The translations under genes and the position numbers were made by a program. Of a DNA stretch of 64,000 nucleotides, positions 38,364-46,089 are shown piece after piece. The DNA is from a virus. Taxonomy: Duplodnaviria; Caudoviricetes. The stretch is from positions 2,008 through 66,007 of the IMG/VR virus record IMGVR_UViG_3300042569_000831; one strand, written 5' to 3'. The notes beneath the pieces were generated by a model, which saw only the letters and a program-made list of their open reading frames with translations, made no database searches and had not been told where the DNA came from. Within the stretch, counting starts at the first letter, position 1; each line of letters opens with the position of its first letter.

Positions 38364-38708
38364 TTATACGATAGGCGAAGGGATAATTTCAAATACTCTT
38401 AAGCAAATATTATTAGTGTATAAGGTTTTTTTACCTTGTTTCCATTGCTCAATTTCTGATTCGGTAGCTTCTGAATTATTACCGTCTACCAAATTTGAAT
38501 AATGCAATGAATTTTCTTCGTCAATAATGCAATGATCAAAATTAAAAGAAAAGTACAATTCTTTTTGAAAATAGAGCTCAATTGCTTTTTTTACATTTTC
38601 AGCTTCTATTTTAGCTTCCTGAATATAACCGTTTGCATGGCCTAATTCGCCCTGATCATAACTATCTACATAAACATCATGGATAGTTTTAATTAAAAAA
38701 TACTTCAT
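38364..38708 (-). CDS. early hypothetical protein
   Basis: Preceded by the leader. Confidence 0.65.
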   Translation of the reverse strand: MKYFLIKTIHDVYVDSYDQGELGHANGYIQEAKIEAENVKKAIELYFQKELYFSFNFDHCIIDEENSLHYSNLVDGNNSEATESEIEQWKQGKKTLYTNNICLRVFEIIPSPIV

Positions 38709-38774
38709 GTTTTTGAGGTTTTGATTAGAGACTATTCACAATTGAATGTCACGGCTTAACCGATAGTCTATTTT

Positions 38775-38906
38775 TTAGCATCCTAGCCCGTCACAACTGC
38801 AATTTCCATCACATTCAATATGAAGCGGCATATTGCAATAATGTTTATTATAATCAATTGGCAAATTTATTAGCAATATTGCTAATATTAAAAGTAATTT
38901 TTTCAT
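38775..38906 (-). CDS. small secreted Cys-rich peptide (43 aa)
   Basis: Leader followed by MKKLLLILAILL and a C-terminal CDGNCSCDGLGC. Confidence 0.55.
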   Translation of the reverse strand: MKKLLLILAILLINLPIDYNKHYCNMPLHIECDGNCSCDGLGC

Positions 38907-38979
38907 GTTTTTGAGGTTTTGTTGAGGAACTGCCCGTGTATTGATCACGTTAACATCTACATGTTGGCAGCTCGGGGGA

Positions 38980-39297
38980 TTAATAGTTAATAAAGTACTC
39001 TTCATTATAAGAATACCTTTCACCTACATAAGAGGGATTATAAACAAGATAGCCAACTTCATTAACCTTTATGGCAATTGCATCCTGCTCTAAGGTAACA
39101 CATAAACGCTCTACCATAATAATAATGTCCGATAAGTCCCAATTTTCAGTTATTCTACTAACTACAGTTGGTTCAACTGCTTCGCTCCATTGGCTATGGT
39201 CTAGTCTACTTTCAGCTAAAAACATTAAATTCAATATTCTGCTGCATTGCTCGAATGAATACGGGTTGTTATTTAGCCCGATGTTTAGTTGGATCAT
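38980..39297 (-). CDS. first gene of the early operon, hypothetical
   Basis: 'NIGL...EPTVV...LCVTLEQDAIA'; immediately downstream of the hammerhead. Confidence 0.65.
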   Translation of the reverse strand: MIQLNIGLNNNPYSFEQCSRILNLMFLAESRLDHSQWSEAVEPTVVSRITENWDLSDIIIMVERLCVTLEQDAIAIKVNEVGYLVYNPSYVGERYSYNEEYFINY

Positions 39298-39309
39298 TTT
39301 GTTTGTTTT

Positions 39310-39362
39310 GAGGTTTCGCTATTCTGTAGCTCATCAGTATAGATAACACATCTATAAACCTC
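39310..39362 (-). ncRNA. type III hammerhead ribozyme
   Basis: GAGG-U-U / stem I UAUAGAU-GUGUU-AUCUAUA / CUGAUGA / stem II GCUA-CAGAA-UAGC / GAAA-CCUC; complete core, GUU cleavage triplet. Confidence 0.9.
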
Positions 39363-39562
39363 TACGACCTTTTTAGCCTCGTGACTACGCCTATATTATA
39401 ACGATAAATCAGAAATAACAGCGAAAGGAAGACTACTAATTAACGCATGTAAGGGGTAAGACGGGTAAACTATTGTTTATTTGTGGGTTGCAATCGTGTA
39501 GGATGCAGTGCCGATGTCCGTACTTAACGGCGGTGTACCGTGTCGCATGTGTAACTTTCGTG

Positions 39563-39579
39563 CCAATATTTCAGAGAAC
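39563..39579 (-). promoter_or_regulatory. boxA-like antitermination element
   Basis: GTTCTCTGAAATATT about 30 nt downstream of the promoter; resembles rrn boxA. Confidence 0.4.
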
Positions 39580-39609
39580 TCGAAAACGATTCGTTAACCG
39601 TTAACAATG

Positions 39610-39642
39610 CAAACATAAGGCGAATGTGAATATCAATCCAAA
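39610..39642 (-). promoter_or_regulatory. Bacteroidota primary-sigma promoter of the early operon
   Basis: TTTG-N21-TATGTTTG (-33/-7 consensus TTTG...TAnnTTTG). Confidence 0.75.
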
Positions 39643-39979
39643 TTTATTTTTAAAAAATGCCAATTAAAGTTTTGTTAAAAGCCTGAAATGCAATGCAGTA
39701 TTGAATTGTAGCCAAATGTTAAAGTTTTGTTAACGCTAATAAATGTGAATATAAATACTAGAAAACAATCAAAGTTTGACGGCTCGGGGGACTAATAGTG
39801 TAAAGGGATATATAAGACCAAATAAACAGTAAAATAGGCGCAAAACAATATAAATAAGCGCAAATAACGATTAAAGCAGAATAAACGCATTCAGGTACGA
39901 ATAAAAACCGTATAAACGATTCTGACAGCCTTTAAATGTTAAAATAGTGTTAAGTTTAGTTAAAGAAATGTTAAACGGG

Positions 39980-40303
39980 TTATAATCTGAAATTGATCAA
40001 ATAACGGTTAACACGATAAATAAATTCCCTACCTTCTGCCGTAACCGTATAAAAGTCTTTATCCTTTATAAGAAGATTATTTTCGGCTAAAGTGATTAAT
40101 CCTTCCCGTATAGTTCTGACTGTAAAGGTTAGAAAGTATTTGTCACATAGTCGGCCAACAATTGCAGCCGATATGTTGCCATGTATCCGCCTACATAGGT
40201 ATAATAAGGTTAGCTCAGATAAAGTAAGGTTTTTAACTTTCATCCTTTGCGAAGTTAATCGGACTGCTTCGGGAAATAGAAATAAATATTTATCAACTTT
40301 CAT
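39980..40303 (-). CDS. winged-helix transcriptional regulator
   Basis: 'LTLSELTLL...RTIREGLITLAENNLL....YTVTAEGR' wHTH pattern; isolated gene in the control region. Confidence 0.7.
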   Translation of the reverse strand: MKVDKYLFLFPEAVRLTSQRMKVKNLTLSELTLLYLCRRIHGNISAAIVGRLCDKYFLTFTVRTIREGLITLAENNLLIKDKDFYTVTAEGREFIYRVNRYLINFRL

Positions 40304-41706
40304 ATACAACAAATATATAGATTATTAGACTAATTGGAAAGGTTGCCGGTTCGGGGGTATACTTGTTACATAGAGAGAGAACAAAGCAATGAGATATATA
40401 GGAGGGTAAGAAAGGATTAAAACATGGATTAATATATAAGGAGAAAGGATGGCATATTGAAATAAGGATGAATAGATGGCAAAGTATTAATTGAAAAGTA
40501 GATGGATTGATATATTATGGAAGGTATTAAGGACTGAAATAAGGAGGAGCTAATATGTTGGAAAAGGTATTGAATGATGAAAAGTAGGGGGGTTATTGCT
40601 CTTTTACGTCCAATATTGGCGTACAAATGTCAACTAAAAACCGTATAAGCTATTCTCAGCGCCTTCATTCGCTACTTTTGCCCCAATTTGCCCCAATATA
40701 TACCAATGGGATAATATATTTTTTATATATGTTTCCCTATATGAGGTAGTTTAGCACAGTTCAGCACAGTGTGTGTGTCACGGGTATAAACATAACACGC
40801 TATGTATCAACACATTACATACGCATATATACTAACAAGTCAGTAGTTAGCCGCCTGATTTTGGATTTTGGAATTGGAATTTGAGACCCCACTCGGTCGC
40901 TCGTTCGCAGTTCGCATACGGACTCATGTGTACCCGATATATGATATAACCCCCTCTCTTCACCCTCACAAACCCCTTAATCGCCACGTTGGGACGTAGG
41001 ATTTTGATTTGTCAAATACCACGACTTCTTGTTTGGCGTATTTCTTCATTACAGGCTGATTTAGACACTTTAATTTTAAAATGATACAATCACCCTCTTT
41101 CTCCCCTCCCCTCCTTAAACAGCCCCAAAATGGGCATTAATTAATATACCCACTTACAAACCCCATGTGGAGAAGTTTGTTTTATTAGTTCGGGGGTATT
41201 GGTTAAGTTTGCTTGTCAGTTTATGCGTCTTTTTCTCGATTCGGCTGATAGTAAGAAGTGATTAGAATGGGGCGGTAGTCAATCACAGGGGAGTGCTGAA
41301 TAATGAACCCTACTACCATGACAGAGGATATGTCATTAAGTTACATTAGAGTGTTGTAATTCCTAATATCAACACAGCCATAAGCGGTGGAGAGGAGACT
41401 CGAAACATATAGCAGAGGTTAGCACTGAATAGTTTAAACACTTGTTAGGGCTATTTGTGCTTTAACCACTGTACGATGAAGGAAAAGATCTGAAACATAT
41501 ATTTAGAATAGTAATTATAATTGTTAATATAATTATTAATTGTTTTCTTATATTTGCTTAACAGTACTAATTAATATACCATAAGAATTATTAATAAGTC
41601 ATTTTGGCTCGGGCTAGTTACCGGAGTTTTGCTTCGGTAACATTTTTAAATTATCATTTATAGTAAAAACGTCAGGTTAAACCTGATATTAATAATATAA
41701 AAAAAT

Positions 41707-41737
41707 TTTGTAGTTGTTTAATAAAACCCTATATTTG
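41707..41737 (+). promoter_or_regulatory. Bacteroidota promoter for the rightward arm
   Basis: TTTG-N19-TATATTTG. Confidence 0.7.
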
Positions 41738-41897
41738 TATCCGGTCAAATTTTTTTATCAGCCATGGGCAGCTACCTGAGTACGGGAATACTTCGGTAGC
41801 ATTTTAAAAATTAATTATATGAGACTTTAAATAAACTTATAGGACAGGGCGACTTGCTTAACAGTTAATTAACAGGCGAGTTGTCTGAGCAGTCCTT

Positions 41898-42053
41898 GGT
41901 CGGGTGGCGGAATGTAGGTACAAAGAGCAATAGTATGTGCTTACTTGGTAGACGCTAAGTTAGAATTGGTATTGGGAGATGCAGCGTGGAAACTGTACCG
42001 CCCGTCAGAAAAGCCGCTAACAACTATTACGGGTTCAAATCCTGTCTTGACCG
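41898..42053 (+). ncRNA. expanded tRNA-like RNA (156 nt)
   Basis: Acceptor GGTCGGG/CTTGACC, Leu-type D-arm TGGCGGAA...GGTAGACGC with an inserted hairpin, T-arm ACGGG-TTCAAAT-CCTGT, long insertion replacing the anticodon arm. Confidence 0.7.
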
Positions 42054-42127
42054 CTCCCATGCTGACAATAGCATTGGTAAATTCAACGGAAGTTGATGAC
42101 AGCCGGGAAAGCCCGGCACTTTTTATT

Positions 42128-42382
42128 ATGAAAAAGCACACTAAAATTTACTTTGACTACTTCGGCCACGGTGAGCAATCCTTCGTTCCGTGCGAGGTTT
42201 GTGGAATGCGTGCAAATGACATTCATCATATCGAAGCTCGGGGGATGGGTGGTAGTAAAGAAAAAGATAATATAGAAAACCTTCAAGCCTTGTGTAGACC
42301 ATGCCACATAAACTTTGGCGATAAAAAACAACACATGCAGTTTCTCCGTGATATTCACGAACTTCGATTGAAAGTGATTTAG
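42128..42382 (+). CDS. HNH endonuclease
   Basis: CEVC...DIHHI...NLQALCRPCH; start reassigned to ATG 42128. Confidence 0.9.
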   Translation: MKKHTKIYFDYFGHGEQSFVPCEVCGMRANDIHHIEARGMGGSKEKDNIENLQALCRPCHINFGDKKQHMQFLRDIHELRLKVI

Positions 42383-42426
42383 TATAATTTGATTTTTATT
42401 TATTAACTTTGCTTTAAAACAAAACC

Positions 42427-42639
42427 ATGACAAAAGAACAAGCCTTACAAGTATTACAAGTTTTCGTAGATTTTTCTTGGGAATGTTTCCGAGAGGAATA
42501 TGTATCATGCGATCTAAAGTCTATGTTGCTTGAAATAGAAGAACTAGATGTAACAGGATTTTTAGAACATCAAGATGGTGAGACAATATTAGACATCAAG
42601 AAACTAGCCGAAGCGGCATTAAATACTTTAAAGAATTAA
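42427..42639 (+). CDS. hypothetical protein
   Basis: ATG ORF with A-rich leader. Confidence 0.55.
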   Translation: MTKEQALQVLQVFVDFSWECFREEYVSCDLKSMLLEIEELDVTGFLEHQDGETILDIKKLAEAALNTLKN

Positions 42640-42655
42640 TAGTATATTTGCGTAT

Positions 42656-43231
42656 ATGCAACCCGTATTTAACAAAATATTTGTACAGATAGATAAAAAG
42701 TTCCGTGATGAGGTTTCTACCGACAGCGGAATAGTTTTCTATAAGGATACTTCCTACGCATTGGAGGATAACTCGACTACGTTTGGTACCGTGGTAGCCA
42801 TCCCGGTTAACGTTGATAAGAACTTGGTAGATAAGGATTTTATCCATAATGTTCAAGTTGGCGATAAGCTTTACTTTAACTTTAATGTGGTGCTTGATAC
42901 TGATAATCTAATTGAGCACGAAGGCCAAGAGTATTGGATTGTTGACTATTGGAATGCCATCTGTATTGTTCGTGATGGCGTTGTTATTCCTACCGGGTCT
43001 TACATCTTGGTATCCCCTGTAGAGGAGGAGATTAAATCTGATTTGATTGTTATACCTGATATTGCTAAGAAGAAGGAGAAGAATCGTGGTGTAGTTTGGT
43101 CCACGAACTGTCCGGATTTGCCGGTCGGTTCTGAGGTCGAGTACGATGCTATAGGTAAGTTTTGGAACGTGATAGAAGGAAAGAGGGTATATTGCATGTT
43201 CAACGATAATATATCACTTAAATTTAATTAA
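42656..43231 (+). CDS. GroES-like co-chaperonin (tandem domains)
   Basis: 'QPVFNKIFV...SGI...GTVVAIP...VQVGDKLYF' and a second 'PTGSYILV...LIVIPD...GVV' repeat. Confidence 0.75.
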   Translation: MQPVFNKIFVQIDKKFRDEVSTDSGIVFYKDTSYALEDNSTTFGTVVAIPVNVDKNLVDKDFIHNVQVGDKLYFNFNVVLDTDNLIEHEGQEYWIVDYWNAICIVRDGVVIPTGSYILVSPVEEEIKSDLIVIPDIAKKKEKNRGVVWSTNCPDLPVGSEVEYDAIGKFWNVIEGKRVYCMFNDNISLKFN

Positions 43232-43232
43232 C

Positions 43233-43592
43233 ATGTTAATAAAAATGTTTTTGATTAAGCCTGACGTACTCATCAGGAAGTTTTACTCTCTATCTGTATT
43301 AGCTCATATCGAGCACGTCAATACTAAGGTTGGGTTTCACCACGAGGCTCTTGGTGAGTTCTACGAGCAGGTGAACGATGTAAAGGACCGGATAGCTGAG
43401 TATTTGATTGGCGATCAGCAATTGTCAAGAGTTAACGTGCCAATGCTAGAGATTGGTACCGACATCAAGGCCGAAGCTTACAGTGCGGCAGAGATGCTGT
43501 GTAGCTTTTCGGATGACGAAGCAATAGAGAATATTGCCGGTGAGTTTAAAGAACACGTAGCCAAATTAAAATACAAACTATCAATGAGCTAG
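43233..43592 (+). CDS. ferritin/Dps-like four-helix protein
   Basis: 'AHIEH...HEALGEFY...DRIAE...KLKYKL'. Confidence 0.65.
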   Translation: MLIKMFLIKPDVLIRKFYSLSVLAHIEHVNTKVGFHHEALGEFYEQVNDVKDRIAEYLIGDQQLSRVNVPMLEIGTDIKAEAYSAAEMLCSFSDDEAIENIAGEFKEHVAKLKYKLSMS

Positions 43593-43601
43593 TTTTAAAA
43601 T

Positions 43602-43946
43602 ATGAAAAAAAACCAAATCAAGCACATCAGAGGAATAGCTAATAGATTACCTCCGGTTTACGAGCAATGCGTGTCCGGGGGTACTTTAGTTGATGACAAG
43701 TTCGTTCCTAACGTTTACACTGTTCAAGTAAATCACCAAAGAAGACTTAGGCTCGCATACGAAAAACTTGGAATGTCAGGAATAATGTCGTACCTTGAAT
43801 CCATCAGTAAACTACAAAAAGAGCGCAATGAAAAAGCACTTGGAGATAACGGGAATCAATCAGTTGATGTTTTACCAATACTACCTGATAGTGTTGGGGA
43901 TTCGGATACCGTACAAGCTCAGGACCAAGTCTCTGACGGAGTTTAG
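43602..43946 (+). CDS. hypothetical protein
   Basis: ATG ORF in operon. Confidence 0.5.
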   Translation: MKKNQIKHIRGIANRLPPVYEQCVSGGTLVDDKFVPNVYTVQVNHQRRLRLAYEKLGMSGIMSYLESISKLQKERNEKALGDNGNQSVDVLPILPDSVGDSDTVQAQDQVSDGV

Positions 43947-43967
43947 AAAAGAAATCTACAGAAATTA

Positions 43968-44474
43968 TTGGGAATGCAACTAGACTGTAATACAGAGAAG
44001 GGCAAGGTGTTTATTAATGAGCAGTATAATGTTCAGGATAGGATTTCTAAGTTCGGCTATGTGGTAGTTAGTACCAATGGTTACAGTAATAATGCTGACG
44101 CTATTCTGTGCAAAAATATTAATGAAAGATTAACTGTTTGCGGTGTAGCTGAGATTAAAAGTCGTAAGACGGCTCGGGGGATTCCATTAACTCAGAAGTA
44201 CTTGGAGGAAAATGGAGGGTACTTAATTACTGCCGAAAAAATTACATTTGGGGTGGACTTGGCTAAGAAGCTGAGTGTACCCTTTTTTGTTATAGTTAGC
44301 CTGATGGTAGAGAATAAATTGTTGATTTGGAAGATTAGCGATAAGTTTGGTAGTATCTATCCCGGCATTAAGTACCAAAAAACTAAGACCATGGCTACTA
44401 TTAATGGCGGTGTTGCCGAAAGATTAAATGCGTTTTTGCCTATGTTTACTAAAAACTTGACCATAATTGAATAG
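43968..44474 (+). CDS. PD-(D/E)XK nuclease-like protein
   Basis: 'ADAIL...VAEIKSR'; probable start ATG 43974. Confidence 0.65.
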   Translation: MGMQLDCNTEKGKVFINEQYNVQDRISKFGYVVVSTNGYSNNADAILCKNINERLTVCGVAEIKSRKTARGIPLTQKYLEENGGYLITAEKITFGVDLAKKLSVPFFVIVSLMVENKLLIWKISDKFGSIYPGIKYQKTKTMATINGGVAERLNAFLPMFTKNLTIIE

Positions 44475-44832
44475 CGGATTAGAAGCAGAAGTGCTGTTTG
44501 ACTACTTGGCGATTGAGAAAAATATCATGGTCTCCCGACCTGCCGGTGATGCCGACTACGATCGTATCTGTGATTGTAACGGCAAGCTTACCAAAGTGCA
44601 GATTAAGAGTACCACTTTCAGAGAAAAGGGCTGTTATATTATAAAAACTAGCAAGCGCTTCAAAGGTGCTAGGGTGATTTATGGCTCGGACGTTGATATT
44701 ATTGCGGTTTATGTTAAGCCGGAATCTTGTTGGTTATTAGTACCTTCGGCTATCATTAAATCAACTGTACTTAAGTTTAGCGTTAAGGGTAAGTACAGGA
44801 AATATATAAATAATTGGTCATGCCTTGTATAA
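44467..44832 (+). CDS. PD-(D/E)XK homing-type endonuclease
   Basis: 'G..AE...VS.P....YDRI......KVQIKST...Y...DVDIIAVY'. Confidence 0.75.
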   Translation: MNSGLEAEVLFDYLAIEKNIMVSRPAGDADYDRICDCNGKLTKVQIKSTTFREKGCYIIKTSKRFKGARVIYGSDVDIIAVYVKPESCWLLVPSAIIKSTVLKFSVKGKYRKYINNWSCLV

Positions 44833-45200
44833 AAAAAGTAAGTTTTAAAGTTGACTTATTCTCTGTAAAAGTAAGCTTATACCTTTACGATACTGATGAT
44901 AATATGCTTGTTGGTTGTAATAGAGTTATTAAAAAACATGGAGAAGAACCGATGCAACATCAATGTCACGGTGTGACGTTTACCCCCGATGAGGACGGAT
45001 CTTTATATTATATTTTTTTATCATTAGAGAGTTTGGATATTAATACCATTACCCACGAAACCGATCACGTAAGAAATTATATAATGAACTACTTTAATAT
45101 AAGTCAAGACCTAGACTCTAACGAGGCGTCAGCTAATTTGAGTGGGTACATCAACGAGAAAGTATTCTCATTCTTAAAACAGTATAAAATTAAAATGTAA
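44820..45200 (+). CDS. HExxH metallopeptidase-like protein
   Basis: 'TITHETDH...NEASA' zincin-like motif. Confidence 0.6.
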   Translation: MPCIKKVSFKVDLFSVKVSLYLYDTDDNMLVGCNRVIKKHGEEPMQHQCHGVTFTPDEDGSLYYIFLSLESLDINTITHETDHVRNYIMNYFNISQDLDSNEASANLSGYINEKVFSFLKQYKIKM

Positions 45201-45448
45201 TGTTTACAAACAGATACGTAAAGCTTGAAGTAATTAAAGAGGAAGAGGGCGATACCGGCATTGCCGTAGTGTTTGATTTAATGATTAACCCGTTTCATAT
45301 TAAGTGTTACTGTGAAAGCTTTGCTCAATACGTCAACGAAAATAATAAACTGCAAAAAGTTACAACAACTAAGGTTTATACTTCTGAGGATGAGTTCGAT
45401 GTTCTGATGACGGTACCGCAGTTCGAGGAATATATGAACCAATTTTAG
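45200..45448 (+). CDS. hypothetical protein
   Basis: Coupled ORF. Confidence 0.55.
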   Translation: MFTNRYVKLEVIKEEEGDTGIAVVFDLMINPFHIKCYCESFAQYVNENNKLQKVTTTKVYTSEDEFDVLMTVPQFEEYMNQF

Positions 45449-45498
45449 GTGTTATTTTTGTTTAATGTGATTAATAACGTTAATATCTTTGGGGCTTT

Positions 45499-46089
45499 AT
45501 GATAACAGACTATTCAAAAATGGAATTTGATCCGACTAGTAAAAAATCATTACTAGTTCAGTACCCTAAATTAAAGCATGTTGTTGGAGATGTTGATGAC
45601 AAAATGCTTAGGTACGTGCTGCTTATGTACGATCAAAAATCTCCGTTAAGGGAGTATTACCCCGAACTGTCAAAAAGAAAAACCTTTGCAGCTTCAATAG
45701 CCGGGTACGATGTTGACGATGATAGTATTGTGGAACTGTTTGATTTTAAGGTTAAAAACGATGAGGGTGAGTTAGAGCACAATGAAGAGATATTGGAATT
45801 GATTATTAAATACCTTAAGTACCAAAACAATTGGGTTTGGTCTTTGATTATTAGTAACGAACAGGCTTTCTACGAGTTTAACAAGAGAGTGTTAATGCCG
45901 GTAGACGGTCAGAAGGACAAGGATATTTTGCAGGCAATTGATATTAAAACTAAGATTATGCAGTCTCAGGATGAAATATCCCAAAGACTAAAAAAGTACT
46001 TCAAGGAATTGTCCGGTGGTGATGACGACTTGGAGGACGCTATTGTAAAAAGAAAAAGACTAAGTCCTGAATCACAGGCTAAAAGATAA
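45499..46089 (+). CDS. putative terminase small subunit
   Basis: Helical protein coupled directly upstream of TerL (positional inference). Confidence 0.45.
   Translation: MITDYSKMEFDPTSKKSLLVQYPKLKHVVGDVDDKMLRYVLLMYDQKSPLREYYPELSKRKTFAASIAGYDVDDDSIVELFDFKVKNDEGELEHNEEILELIIKYLKYQNNWVWSLIISNEQAFYEFNKRVLMPVDGQKDKDILQAIDIKTKIMQSQDEISQRLKKYFKELSGGDDDLEDAIVKRKRLSPESQAKR

Larger units (their letters stand above)
36622..38970 (-). repeat. seven intergenic three-way-junction RNA elements (36622-36660, 37310-37350, 37576-37614, 37967-38007, 38318-38356, 38729-38769, variant 38930-38970)
   Basis: Closing stem differs between copies but always pairs; conserved CGGTYWAGCCG hairpin and a TTCRAT-loop hairpin; G-U pairs work only on the - strand. 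Confidence 0.85.

Noticed and set aside
36622-38970. CRISPR array interpretation of the early-region repeats
   Set aside because: Spacing is 200-700 nt with genes in between, the repeats vary with compensatory changes, and there are no cas genes
40429-40626. 65-aa - strand ORF
   Set aside because: Low-complexity Ile/Ser/Phe translation of a purine-skewed tract, with no ATG start or leader
41325-41502. Canonical hammerhead on the + strand
   Set aside because: The CUGANGA core is mismatched (CGGTGGA or ACGATGA) and no stem I forms; kept only as a candidate ncRNA
41945-42127. N-terminal extension of the HNH ORF given in the ORF track
   Set aside because: Overlaps the tRNA-like RNA and hairpins; ATG 42128 gives a typical 84-aa HNH protein
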